A stretch of 40,339 bases of DNA from Escherichia coli (GCF_003334815.1 NZ_QOWO01000034.1); one strand, 5' to 3'. Shown: positions 1-10,472, numbered from the stretch's first letter. Numbers and translations are program-made. Notes: generated from the sequence alone by a model not told the origin.

Positions 1-158
1 AGCAGGGGATTGACCGGATGGCCGGACGTCACTCCGCCGGGGCACACCGAACAGGCCACGCCGGTGGGGGCACCAATGCGCACCCCGGCTGAACCCTGAA
101 CAATGCTACCGCCATACTGCGTCATGTCGCCCTGACGCGCTGCCGGTTTTCCGCTCAT
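1..158 (-). CDS. rhsA: Rhs-family polymorphic toxin core protein, N-terminal PAAR-like fragment; the CDS runs off the left edge
   Basis: Hand translation of the minus strand from ATG 158..156 gives MSGKPAARQGDMTQYGGSIVQGSAGVRIGAPTGVACSVCPGGVTSGHPVNPL, the conserved N-terminus of E. coli Rhs proteins. At 52 codons it is too short for the ORF track. It lies divergent from yibF, as rhsA does in K-12. Confidence 0.85.
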   Translation of the reverse strand, partial: MSGKPAARQGDMTQYGGSIVQGSAGVRIGAPTGVACSVCPGGVTSGHPVNPL

Positions 159-385
159 TTCTCATCCTTGTTTTATCGGGTTATTTGTCTGCTGACAGGC
201 GAAACCCTACAGATTTATAAGAAAGCCTGAAGTGAGATATCCATCAGAGTGAAATAATTAGGAAAATATTTATATCACCATGATAAATATGTGATTTATT
301 TGGAAGTAACAAACCATCAACATTTTCTGCCCTTTTTCCCATCACCAGGCCATACTGATATTTTTCCTCGCACAAAGGACTCGGC

Positions 386-994
386 ATGAAACTCGTCGGT
401 AGCTACACCAGCCCGTTTGTACGCAAACTTTCTATTCTGTTGTTAGAAAAGGGCATAACTTTCGAATTTATTAATGAACTGCCCTATAACGCGGACAACG
501 GCGTGGCGCAATTTAACCCGTTAGGAAAAGTGCCGGTGCTGGTGACCGAAGAGGGCGAATGCTGGTTTGATTCGCCGATCATCGCTGAATATATTGAATT
601 AATGAATGTCGCTCCGGCGATGTTGCCGCGCGATCCGCTGGAGTCGTTGCGGGTGCGCAAAATTGAGGCACTGGCGGATGGCATTATGGATGCCGGGCTG
701 GTATCGGTGCGTGAACAGGCGCGTCCAGCGGCGCAGCAGTCTGAAGATGAATTGTTACGCCAGCGGGAGAAAATCAACCGCAGTCTGGATGTGCTGGAAG
801 GATATCTGGTCGATGGCACACTCAAAACCGATACGGTCAATCTGGCGACTATCGCCATTGCCTGTGCCGTCGGATATCTCAATTTCCGCCGCGTTGCGCC
901 AGGTTGGTGTGTCGACCGCCCACACTTAGTCAAACTGGTCGAAAACCTGTTTAGCCGCGAAAGTTTTGCTCGCACCGAACCGCCAAAGGCTTGA
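386..994 (+). CDS. yibF: Glutathione S-transferase-like protein YibF
   Basis: 202-aa ORF with a thioredoxin-like N-domain ([21 protein letters not shown]) and a helical C-domain. AAAGGA sits 6 nt upstream of the ATG. Recognised as YibF. Confidence 0.93.
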
Positions 995-1049
995 TGCGCG
1001 ATATGTCCTCCTGACCCATCTCACGTTACAATCCGTGGTTATGTTAAAC

Positions 1050-1071
1050 GCCCTTCTCCGTGTGAGAGGGC
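1050..1071 (+). promoter_or_regulatory. SECIS-like hairpin in the selAB 5' leader (candidate SelB autoregulatory site)
   Basis: GCCCUUCUC/GAGAGGGC forms an 8-bp stem with one bulged U (1054 or 1055) and the loop CGUGU, 21 nt upstream of the selA ATG. A bulged U plus GU in the loop are the SelB-recognition features of the fdhF SECIS. A SECIS-like element in the selAB leader has been described in the literature. Confidence 0.5.
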
Positions 1072-1091
1072 CTTGATCAGCCAGGTTTCCT

Positions 1092-2483
1092 ATGACAACC
1101 GAAACGCGTTCCCTCTATAGTCAACTTCCGGCTATTGATCGCTTATTGCGCGATAGCTCCTTCCTTTCTTTGCGTGATACTTATGGTCACACCCGCGTGG
1201 TGGAATTGTTGCGTCAGATGCTCGACGAAGCGCGAGAAGTGATTCGTGGCAGCCAGACGCTGCCTGCGTGGTGTGAAAACTGGGCGCAAGAAGTCGATGC
1301 CCGGTTGACGAAAGAAGCGCAGAGCGCGCTGCGTCCGGTGATCAACCTGACGGGAACCGTGCTGCATACCAACCTTGGGCGAGCTTTACAGGCGGAAGCC
1401 GCGGTGGAAGCCGTTGCGCAGGCTATGCGTTCGCCAGTGACCCTCGAGTATGATCTGGACGACGCCGGACGCGGACATCGCGATCGGGCGCTGGCGCAGC
1501 TGCTGTGCCGTATTACGGGGGCGGAAGATGCCTGTATCGTCAATAACAATGCGGCGGCGGTGTTATTGATGTTGGCGGCCACTGCCAGCGGAAAAGAGGT
1601 GGTGGTATCTCGCGGCGAACTGGTGGAGATTGGCGGCGCGTTTCGTATTCCCGATGTTATGCGTCAGGCAGGCTGCACCCTACACGAAGTAGGGACCACC
1701 AACCGCACGCACGCGAATGATTATCGTCAGGCGGTGAATGAAAATACCGCACTGTTGATGAAAGTACATACCAGTAACTACAGCATTCAGGGGTTCACCA
1801 AAGCGATAGATGAAGCGGAACTGGTGGCGCTCGGCAAAGAGCTGGATGTTCCCGTAGTGACTGATTTAGGCAGTGGCTCGCTGGTCGATCTTAGCCAGTA
1901 CGGTTTGCCGAAAGAGCCAATGCCGCAGGAGTTGATTGCGGCGGGCGTCAGTCTGGTGAGTTTCTCCGGCGACAAGTTGTTAGGCGGGCCGCAGGCAGGA
2001 ATTATTGTTGGTAAAAAAGAGATGATCGCCCGCCTGCAAAGCCACCCGCTGAAGCGTGCATTACGCGCGGATAAAATGACCCTCGCGGCGCTGGAAGCCA
2101 CGTTGCGTCTTTATTTACACCCTGAAGCTCTGAGTGAAAAATTACCGACCCTGCGCCTGCTTACCCGCAGCGCAGAGGTCATTCAAATCCAGGCACAACG
2201 TTTACAGGCCCCCCTTGCCGCACATTACGGCGCGGAGTTTGCGGTACAGGTTATGCCATGTCTTTCGCAGATTGGCAGTGGTTCGCTGCCGGTTGATCGC
2301 CTGCCGAGCGCGGCATTAACGTTTACACCCCATGATGGACGCGGTAGCCACCTTGAGTCATTAGCCGCCCGCTGGCGTGAATTGCCAGTGCCGGTGATTG
2401 GTCGTATTTATGACGGACGATTGTGGCTGGATTTACGCTGCCTTGAAGATGAGCAACGGTTTTTGGAGATGTTGTTGAAATGA
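1092..2483 (+). CDS. selA: L-seryl-tRNA(Sec) selenium transferase (selenocysteine synthase)
   Basis: 463-aa ORF with the PLP-lysine motif [13 protein letters not shown]. Its stop overlaps the selB start in ATGA. Confidence 0.97.
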   Translation: MTTETRSLYSQLPAIDRLLRDSSFLSLRDTYGHTRVVELLRQMLDEAREVIRGSQTLPAWCENWAQEVDARLTKEAQSALRPVINLTGTVLHTNLGRALQAEAAVEAVAQAMRSPVTLEYDLDDAGRGHRDRALAQLLCRITGAEDACIVNNNAAAVLLMLAATASGKEVVVSRGELVEIGGAFRIPDVMRQAGCTLHEVGTTNRTHANDYRQAVNENTALLMKVHTSNYSIQGFTKAIDEAELVALGKELDVPVVTDLGSGSLVDLSQYGLPKEPMPQELIAAGVSLVSFSGDKLLGGPQAGIIVGKKEMIARLQSHPLKRALRADKMTLAALEATLRLYLHPEALSEKLPTLRLLTRSAEVIQIQAQRLQAPLAAHYGAEFAVQVMPCLSQIGSGSLPVDRLPSAALTFTPHDGRGSHLESLAARWRELPVPVIGRIYDGRLWLDLRCLEDEQRFLEMLLK

Positions 2484-4324
2484 TTATTGCGACTGCCGGA
2501 CACGTTGACCACGGCAAAACAACCTTATTGCAGGCGATTACTGGCGTAAATGCTGACCGTCTGCCGGAAGAAAAAAAGCGCGGCATGACCATCGATCTCG
2601 GCTATGCCTACTGGCCGCAGCCGGATGGTCGCGTGCCTGGTTTTATCGACGTTCCCGGTCATGAAAAGTTTCTTTCCAACATGCTGGCGGGCGTTGGTGG
2701 TATCGATCACGCGCTGTTGGTGGTGGCGTGCGATGACGGCGTGATGGCACAGACCCGTGAGCATCTGGCGATTTTGCAGCTGACCGGTAACCCGATGCTG
2801 ACAGTGGCGCTGACCAAAGCCGATCGCGTGGACGAAGCGCGTGTTGATGAGGTTGAACGCCAGGTAAAGGAGGTTCTGCGGGAATACGGTTTTGCTGAGG
2901 CAAAACTGTTTATCACCGCAGCAACCGAAGGTCGGGGAATGGATGCCCTGCGCGAGCATCTGCTTCAGTTGCCGGAACGCGAGCACGCCAGCCAACATAG
3001 TTTCCGCCTCGCGATTGACCGCGCATTTACCGTAAAAGGTGCCGGGCTGGTCGTCACCGGTACGGCGTTAAGCGGGGAAGTGAAGGTAGGCGATTCACTC
3101 TGGCTGACTGGTGTAAATAAACCGATGCGTGTACGTGCGCTGCATGCGCAAAACCAGCCAACAGAAACCGCCAATGCCGGGCAGCGTATCGCGCTTAACA
3201 TCGCGGGTGATGCGGAAAAAGAGCAGATTAACCGTGGCGACTGGCTGCTTGCCGATGTGCCGCCAGAGCCGTTCACACGGGTGATTGTCGAGCTTCAAAC
3301 CCATACACCGCTGACCCAGTGGCAGCCGCTGCATATTCACCACGCCGCCAGCCACGTCACGGGACGCGTTTCACTGCTGGAAGATAACCTTGCTGAACTG
3401 GTCTTCGACACCCCGTTATGGCTGGCAGATAACGACCGCCTGGTATTGCGCGATATCTCTGCCCGCAACACGCTGGCCGGAGCGCGCGTCGTGATGCTTA
3501 ACCCGCCGCGTCGCGGTAAACGTAAGCCGGAATATCTGCAATGGCTGGCGTCTCTTGCACGGGCGCAGAGCGATGCCGATGCGTTATCTGTTCATCTGGA
3601 ACGCGGCGCGGTTAACCTTGCGGATTTCGCCTGGGCGCGCCAGCTCAACGGCGAAGGGATGCGCGAATTGCTGCAACAGCCTGGTTATATTCAGGCTGGT
3701 TATAGCTTGTTGAATGCGCCGGTTGCCGCCCGCTGGCAGCGGAAAATTCTCGACACATTAGCGACTTATCATGAGCAACATCGCGATGAACCTGGCCCTG
3801 GGCGCGAACGTCTGCGACGTATGGCGTTGCCAATGGAAGATGAAGCGCTGGTACTGTTGCTGATTGAAAAGATGCGCGAAAGCGGCGACATCCACAGCCA
3901 TCACGGCTGGCTGCATCTGCCAGATCACAAAGCGGGCTTCAGCGAAGAGCAGCAGGCCATCTGGCAAAAAGCAGAGCCACTGTTTGGTGACGAACCGTGG
4001 TGGGTGCGTGACCTGGCAAAAGAGACGGGAACCGACGAGCAGGCAATGCGCCTGACTCTACGCCAGGCGGCGCAGCAAGGAATAATTACCGCGATCGTTA
4101 AAGATCGTTATTACCGTAACGATCGGATTGTCGAGTTTGCCAATATGATCCGCGATCTCGATCAGGAGTGTGGTTCAACCTGCGCGGCGGATTTCCGCGA
4201 TCGCTTAGGCGTAGGCCGAAAGCTGGCAATTCAGATTCTGGAATATTTTGACCGCATTGGCTTTACGCGTCGTCGTGGAAATGATCATTTATTGCGCGAC
4301 GCATTATTATTTCCGGAAAAATAA
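2480..4324 (+). CDS. selB: Selenocysteine-specific translation elongation factor SelB
   Basis: 614-aa ORF with GTPase motifs [17 protein letters not shown] and TKAD, plus a long C-terminal winged-helix extension for SECIS binding. Confidence 0.97.
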
Positions 4325-4377
4325 GGAAATGATTAATTAAGTTTTAAAATAAATTAATACAAAATTCTTATGAATTT

Positions 4378-4416
4378 AAAAAAAGCACATTGTTTAATGA
4401 ATACAATGTGCTTTTT
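4378..4416 (+). terminator. Rho-independent terminator after selB; symmetric, so possibly bidirectional
   Basis: Stem GCACATTGT (4385-4393) pairs with ACAATGTGC (4403-4411) around a 9-nt loop. It is flanked by an A7 run upstream and T5 downstream. Confidence 0.7.
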
Positions 4417-4513
4417 ATTAGATTAATTTTGATAATCAATAATACTGATCATATTTTCGAATGAAAATCCTCAGTAAGCTGCCCGCCCTTTTTTACACTT
4501 TCAGGAGTGTGTT

Positions 4514-5665
4514 ATGGCAGCTTCAACGTTCTTTATTCCTTCTGTGAATGTCATCGGCGCTGATTCATTGACTGATGCAATGAATATGATGGCAGATTAT
4601 GGATTTACCCGTACCTTAATTGTCACTGACAATATGTTAACGAAATTAGGTATGGCGGGCGATGTGCAAAAAGCACTGGAAGAACGCAATATTTTTAGCG
4701 TTATTTATGATGGCACCCAACCTAACCCCACCACGGAAAACGTCGCCGCAGGTTTGAAATTACTTAAAGAGAATAATTGCGATAGCGTGATCTCCTTAGG
4801 CGGTGGTTCTCCACACGACTGCGCAAAAGGTATTGCGCTGGTGGCAGCCAATGGCGGCGATATTCGCGATTACGAAGGCGTTGACCGCTCTGCAAAACCG
4901 CAGCTGCCGATGATCGCCATCAATACCACGGCGGGTACGGCCTCTGAAATGACCCGTTTCTGCATCATCACTGACGAAGCGCGTCATATCAAAATGGCGA
5001 TTGTTGATAAACATGTCACTCCGCTGCTTTCTGTCAATGACTCCTCTCTGATGATTGGTATGCCGAAGTCACTGACCGCCGCAACGGGTATGGATGCCTT
5101 AACGCACGCTATCGAAGCATATGTTTCTATTGCCGCCACGCCGATCACTGACGCTTGTGCACTGAAAGCCGTGACCATGATTGCCGAAAACCTGCCGTTA
5201 GCCGTTGAAGATGGCAGTAATGCGAAAGCGCGTGAAGCAATGGCTTATGCCCAGTTCCTCGCCGGTATGGCGTTCAATAATGCTTCTCTGGGTTATGTTC
5301 ATGCGATGGCGCACCAGCTGGGCGGTTTCTACAACCTGCCACACGGTGTATGTAACGCCGTTTTGCTGCCGCACGTTCAGGTATTCAACAGCAAAGTCGC
5401 CGCTGCACGTCTGCGTGACTGTGCCGCTGCAATGGGCGTGAACGTGACAGGTAAAAACGACGCGGAAGGTGCTGAAGCCTGCATTAACGCCATCCGTGAA
5501 CTGGCGAAGAAAGTGGATATCCCGGCAGGCCTACGCGACCTGAACGTGAAAGAAGAAGATTTCGCGGTATTGGCGACTAATGCCCTGAAAGATGCCTGTG
5601 GCTTTACTAACCCGATCCAGGCAACTCACGAAGAAATTGTGGCGATTTATCGCGCAGCGATGTAA
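4514..5665 (+). CDS. yiaY: Iron-containing (group III) alcohol dehydrogenase family protein YiaY
   Basis: 383-aa ORF with Fe-ADH motifs [11 protein letters not shown] and the His cluster [16 protein letters not shown] sits upstream of the ATG. Confidence 0.93.
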
Positions 5666-5680
5666 TCATCATTTCCACAA

Positions 5681-5707
5681 CGGCTGGCAAATTGTCAGCC
5701 GCTTTTT
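5681..5707 (+). terminator. Rho-independent terminator after yiaY
   Basis: CGGCTG (5681-5686) pairs with CAGCCG (5696-5701) around a 9-nt loop, followed by CTTTTT. Confidence 0.55.
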
Positions 5708-5829
5708 CAACTATCTCTGTAACCCTTGCCCGTAAATTCGTGATAGCTGTCGTAAAGCTGTTACCGACTGGCGAAGATTTCGCCAGTCACGTCTACCCTT
5801 GTTATACCTCACACCGCAAGGAGACGATC

Positions 5830-7368
5830 ATGACCAATAATCCCCCTTCAGCACAGATTAAGCCCGGCGAGTATGGTTTCCCCCTCAAGTTAAAAGCCCG
5901 CTATGACAACTTTATTGGCGGCGAATGGGTAGCCCCTGCCGACGGCGAGTATTACCAGAATCTGACGCCGGTGACCGGGCAGCTGCTGTGCGAAGTGGCG
6001 TCTTCGGGCAAACGAGACATCGATCTGGCGCTGGATGCTGCGCACAAAGTGAAAGATAAATGGGCGCACACCTCGGTGCAGGATCGTGCGGCGATTCTGT
6101 TTAAGATTGCCGATCGAATGGAACAAAACCTCGAGCTGTTAGCGACAGCTGAAACCTGGGATAACGGCAAACCCATTCGCGAAACCAGTGCTGCGGATGT
6201 ACCGCTGGCGATTGACCATTTCCGCTATTTCGCCTCGTGTATTCGGGCGCAGGAAGGTGGGATCAGTGAAGTTGATAGCGAAACCGTGGCCTATCATTTC
6301 CATGAACCGTTAGGCGTGGTGGGGCAGATTATCCCGTGGAACTTCCCGCTGCTGATGGCGAGCTGGAAAATGGCTCCCGCGCTGGCGGCGGGCAACTGTG
6401 TGGTGCTGAAACCCGCACGTCTTACCCCGCTTTCTGTACTGCTGCTAATGGAAATTGTCGGTGATTTACTGCCGCCGGGCGTGGTGAACGTGGTCAATGG
6501 CGCAGGTGGGGTAATTGGCGAATATCTGGCGACCTCGAAACGCATCGCCAAAGTGGCGTTTACCGGCTCAACGGAAGTGGGCCAACAAATTATGCAATAC
6601 GCAACGCAAAACATTATTCCGGTGACGCTGGAGTTGGGCGGTAAGTCGCCAAATATCTTCTTTGCTGATGTGATGGATGAAGAAGATGCCTTTTTCGATA
6701 AAGCGCTGGAAGGCTTTGCACTGTTTGCCTTTAACCAGGGCGAAGTTTGCACCTGTCCGAGTCGTGCTTTAGTGCAGGAATCTATCTACGAACGCTTTAT
6801 GGAACGCGCCATCCGCCGTGTCGAAAGCATTCGTAGCGGTAACCCGCTCGACAGCGTGACGCAAATGGGCGCGCAGGTTTCTCACGGGCAACTGGAAACC
6901 ATCCTCAACTACATTGATATCGGTAAAAAAGAGGGCGCTGACGTGCTCACAGGCGGGCGGCGCAAGCTGCTGGAAGGTGAACTGAAAGACGGCTACTACC
7001 TCGAACCGACGATTCTGTTTGGTCAGAACAATATGCGGGTGTTCCAGGAGGAGATTTTTGGCCCGGTGCTGGCGGTGACCACCTTCAAAACGATGGAAGA
7101 AGCGCTGGAGCTGGCGAACGATACGCAATATGGCCTGGGCGCGGGCGTCTGGAGCCGCAACGGTAATCTGGCCTATAAGATGGGGCGCGGCATACAGGCT
7201 GGGCGCGTGTGGACCAACTGTTATCACGCTTACCCGGCACATGCGGCGTTTGGTGGCTACAAACAATCAGGTATCGGTCGCGAAACCCACAAGATGATGC
7301 TGGAGCATTACCAGCAAACCAAGTGCCTGCTGGTGAGCTACTCGGATAAACCGTTGGGGCTGTTCTGA
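5830..7368 (+). CDS. aldB: NADP-dependent aldehyde dehydrogenase B
   Basis: The ORF-track frame opens at 5692. The ATG at 5830 has a strong SD (AAGGAGACGATCATG) and gives the 512-aa AldB ([11 protein letters not shown]...). ALDH motifs ELGGKSP and [12 protein letters not shown] are present. Confidence 0.95.
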   Translation: MTNNPPSAQIKPGEYGFPLKLKARYDNFIGGEWVAPADGEYYQNLTPVTGQLLCEVASSGKRDIDLALDAAHKVKDKWAHTSVQDRAAILFKIADRMEQNLELLATAETWDNGKPIRETSAADVPLAIDHFRYFASCIRAQEGGISEVDSETVAYHFHEPLGVVGQIIPWNFPLLMASWKMAPALAAGNCVVLKPARLTPLSVLLLMEIVGDLLPPGVVNVVNGAGGVIGEYLATSKRIAKVAFTGSTEVGQQIMQYATQNIIPVTLELGGKSPNIFFADVMDEEDAFFDKALEGFALFAFNQGEVCTCPSRALVQESIYERFMERAIRRVESIRSGNPLDSVTQMGAQVSHGQLETILNYIDIGKKEGADVLTGGRRKLLEGELKDGYYLEPTILFGQNNMRVFQEEIFGPVLAVTTFKTMEEALELANDTQYGLGAGVWSRNGNLAYKMGRGIQAGRVWTNCYHAYPAHAAFGGYKQSGIGRETHKMMLEHYQQTKCLLVSYSDKPLGLF

Positions 7369-7399
7369 TATAAGAAGCTGGTCGCATTGGGTATTCATT

Positions 7400-7482
7400 G
7401 CCTGATGCGACGCTTACGCGTCTTATCATGCCTACGGGAACCTGACCGTAGGCCGGATAAGGCGTACACGCCGCATCCGGCA
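7400..7482. repeat. BIME: two REP elements in inverted orientation
   Basis: GCCTGATGCGACGCTTACGCGTCTTATCATGCCTAC (7400-7435) and GTAGGCCGGATAAGGCGTACACGCCGCATCCGGCA (7448-7482) both match the enterobacterial REP consensus. Confidence 0.85.
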
Positions 7483-7543
7483 TAAACAAAGCGCACGTTG
7501 TTACAATTTACGTTTTAAACCTACGTGCGCAATAACCCAGACT

Positions 7544-7577
7544 ACGCCAACAGAAGTACGTTTCTGGGGCGTGTTTT
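7544..7577 (+). terminator. Candidate intrinsic terminator distal to aldB
   Basis: ACGCC/GGCGT and CAGAA/TTCTG form a split stem with a small internal loop and the apical loop GTACGT, followed by GTTTTG. Confidence 0.4.
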
Positions 7578-7846
7578 GTCAGGAGTTTAATCTCGCGTTT
7601 CGATGGTGAGCGGGCGAACCAGGCCGTAAATCACCATTGGTGATCCGAGGCCAATCAGCAATAAACGGTAGATAATTGAAGGTTTAATACGCTTAATCTG
7701 TACTGTGGATGTTTTACTGGAGTTATTCATTAGTTTGGCCAATAGTTCCACTATTTCAATATGATAAACCTCGTCCTGTTGAAAAACCAGACAGCACATT
7801 TAAGAAAGTATATAAAAAACAATATGTCGTTATATAAATAAGGAAA

Positions 7847-7875
7847 TTGCACTGCATCATGGCATTTCATAATAT
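7847..7875 (+). promoter_or_regulatory. Candidate sigma70 promoter for yiaWV
   Basis: TTGCAC (7847-7852), a 17-bp spacer, then TAATAT (7870-7875), about 38 nt upstream of the yiaW ATG. Predicted by eye only. Confidence 0.4.
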
Positions 7876-7912
7876 GCGTTAATTGTTCTTTTTTATATTC
7901 TTTGAGGGAAAT

Positions 7913-8236
7913 ATGTTCCTGGACTATTTTGCACTGGGAGTGCTTATTTTTGTATTTCTGGTGATCTTCTATGGGATCATTATTTTACATGATATTCCCT
8001 ACCTGATTGCCAAAAAACGTAATCATCCTCATGCCGACGCCATTCATGTTGCTGGTTGGGTGAGTCTTTTTACGTTACATGTTATCTGGCCGTTTTTGTG
8101 GATTTGGGCCACGCTTTACCGCCCGGAGCGGGGATGGGGAATGCAAAGCCATGATTCATCCGTTATGCAACTGCAACAGCGCATTGCCGGGCTGGAGAAA
8201 CAGCTCGCCGACATCAAATCCTCTTCTGCCGAGTAA
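7913..8236 (+). CDS. yiaW: Small inner-membrane protein, DUF3302 family (AaeX/YibI-like)
   Basis: The ORF-track TTG at 7883 is rejected in favour of ATG 7913, preceded by GAGGGA, giving 107 aa. It has two hydrophobic helices and a coiled-coil-like tail. It ends 5 nt before yiaV. Confidence 0.9.
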
Positions 8237-8241
8237 TACTT

Positions 8242-9378
8242 ATGGATTTACTGATTATTTTGACCTATGTGGCTTTTGCATGGGCAATGTTTAAGATCTT
8301 CAAAATTCCCGTAAATAAATGGACCATTCCCACAGCGGCCCTGGGTGGAATATTTATTGTCAGCGGTCTAATTCTGTTAATGAACTATAACCATCCGTAT
8401 ACCTTTAAAGCGCAAAAAGCGGTTATTTCTATTCCTGTTGTCCCACAGGTGACTGGTGTGGTGATTGAAGTGACGGATAAGAAAAATACGCTGATTAAAA
8501 AAGGTGAGGTGCTATTTCGACTGGACCCGACGCGTTATCAGGCGCGGGTGGATCGGCTGATGGCGGATATCGTTACCGCAGAACATAAACAGCGGGCGTT
8601 GGGCGCAGAGTTAGATGAGATGGCGGCGAATACTCAGCAGGCAAAGGCCACGCGGGATAAATTCGCTAAAGAGTATCAGCGTTACGCACGTGGCAGCCAG
8701 GCGAAAGTAAACCCGTTTTCAGAACGCGATATCGATGTGGCGCGGCAAAATTATCTGGCGCAGGAAGCCTCCGTGAAGTCATCGGCGGCGGAACAAAAAC
8801 AGATCCAGAGCCAGCTGGATAGCCTGGTGTTGGGTGAACATTCTCAAATCGCCAGCCTGAAAGCACAGCTCGCGGAAGCAAAATATAACCTTGAGCAGAC
8901 GATAGTGCGTGCGCCGAGCGATGGTTATGTGACCCAGGTACTGATTCGTCCGGGTACCTATGCCGCGTCGCTGCCGCTACGTCCGGTGATGGTGTTTATA
9001 CCCGATCAGAAACGACAAATCGTGGCGCAGTTCCGTCAGAACTCCTTGCTGCGACTGGCTCCTGGCGACGATGCGGAAGTGGTGTTTAATGCTCTGCCAG
9101 GTAAGGTATTCAGCGGTAAGCTGGCAGCCATTAGTCCAGCCGTTCCCGGCGGAGCTTATCAGTCGACCGGCACCTTACAGACGTTAAACACAGCGCCGGG
9201 TTCAGATGGCGTTATCGCGACCATTGAACTGGATGAGCACACTGATTTGAGCGCTTTACCAGACGGTATTTACGCCCAGGTGGCGGTTTACTCTGATCAT
9301 TTCAGCCATGTCTCGGTGATGCGCAAAGTGCTATTACGCATGACCAGCTGGGTGCATTACCTTTATCTCGATCATTAA
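8242..9378 (+). CDS. yiaV: HlyD/EmrA-family membrane fusion (periplasmic adaptor) protein
   Basis: 378-aa ORF with an N-terminal TM helix, a lipoyl-like hairpin (GEVLFRLD ... [12 protein letters not shown]) and a long central coiled coil. Confidence 0.92.
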
Positions 9379-10349
9379 TCTTCGCTTTCCGCCGCTTGTT
9401 CAGGCCGCAGTTGCTGCGACTGAGCAAGCTGGTGGCGAATTTCACGCAGCATTTCATCCAGCACATACTGGACCCGCCAGGGCTGGTATTCCCGTTTACG
9501 GAAGATAGCCACCAGATCCAGCCACCATTCATAGGGTTGCTGAAAGCAGGGCACCAGCGTGCCGTCTTGCAGGTCGCTCTGCACACTTTTGTCTGGCGCA
9601 AACACAATCCCCAGGTGATTTCGTGCCAGCTCCAGCGCAGATTGCGTGTTGTCGCAAACGTAATTTCCCTTCACGCGATAATCCCGCACCTCTTTACTCC
9701 CGGCGACGTTGAAGCGCCAGATATTCGCGTCGTCGATCATCATCGAGTCGATCAAAATACAGGAGTGATGTTCGAGTTCGTCAGGACGGCTAATGGGATG
9801 TTTCTCAAGATAGCGCTGGCTGGCATAAGCGGTTACGGCATATTGGGTAATAAAACTGGCAACCAGCGATTCATCTTTTGGTGGAGCGTAGCTGATTAAA
9901 ACATCACAATCATCAGGAAATTCGACGCCTTCATAAAAGGCATTACGCTCAAGATTGCAGGTTTTTAGCGATAAGGTGATATCACCGATATCTTTAATTT
10001 TATCGATTACATGTTTGGATAAATAGGTAATTATGCCGGTTGGGGCGTAGATGGTGACCCGACCACGTTTCTCATGCTTATAATCTGCAATAAAATTATT
10101 AAGTTGCTCGTTTCTGTCCAGCATGTCGTTGATGTACGGTAACAGCGCGGTGCCAAAAGGTGTGAGCATCAGCTGCCGGGTGGTTCGGTCAAAGACTTTT
10201 AAACCCACTTTTGATTCAAAATCAGCAAGATATTTGCTGACGTTGGCCTGTGCGATGCCAAGTACAGTCGCGGCATGGCTGATATTTTCACTGGCAGCGA
10301 TTACCGAGATAATTTTTAACTCCCGGTACTTAAGTTGTAATTTTGTCAT
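9375..10349 (-). CDS. yiaU: LysR-family transcriptional regulator
   Basis: 324-aa ORF with an N-terminal HTH ([23 protein letters not shown]) and a LysR substrate-binding domain. It is convergent with yiaV, with a 4-nt stop overlap, and divergent from yiaT. Confidence 0.92.
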
Positions 10350-10364
10350 CGCAACAGCCCAATT

Positions 10365-10382
10365 ATATATAATTTTATATAT
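10365..10382. promoter_or_regulatory. AT-rich inverted repeat in the yiaU-yiaT divergent region (candidate LysR-type box)
   Basis: ATATATAA-TT-TTATATAT has 8-bp arms and sits 16 nt upstream of the yiaU start. It fits a loose T-N11-A architecture. The sequence is low complexity, so a chance match is possible. Confidence 0.3.
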
Positions 10383-10472
10383 TACTATATAAATATGAAT
10401 CTTGCACCGGAGAAATTGTAAGCATTATTATGCCGACTCTTTTTTATCTTATTTTAAAATGGAATACCGGAC

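Noticed and set aside
4461-4547. A 28-codon upstream ORF ([28 protein letters not shown]) overlapping the yiaY start, and an 18-codon ORF across the selB terminator.
   Set aside because: Neither has an SD. The sequence is AT-rich, where short ORFs arise by chance, and there is no conservation evidence available to me.
4837-4844. Chi octamers (GCTGGTGG) at 4837, 9428, 17627 and 38702.
   Set aside because: This frequency is expected for the E. coli chromosome, and the sites show no clustering or unusual arrangement.
5692-5829. N-terminal extensions offered by the ORF track for aldB. The same applies to sgbU (to 13199), avtA (to 22741), xylF (to 31288), xylA (31564), ysaA (20753), yiaW (7883), yiaB (34551) and yiaA (34977).
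   Set aside because: The downstream starts have better Shine-Dalgarno context, begin at signal peptides or conserved N-termini, and reproduce the known protein lengths. The extensions overlap terminators or upstream genes.
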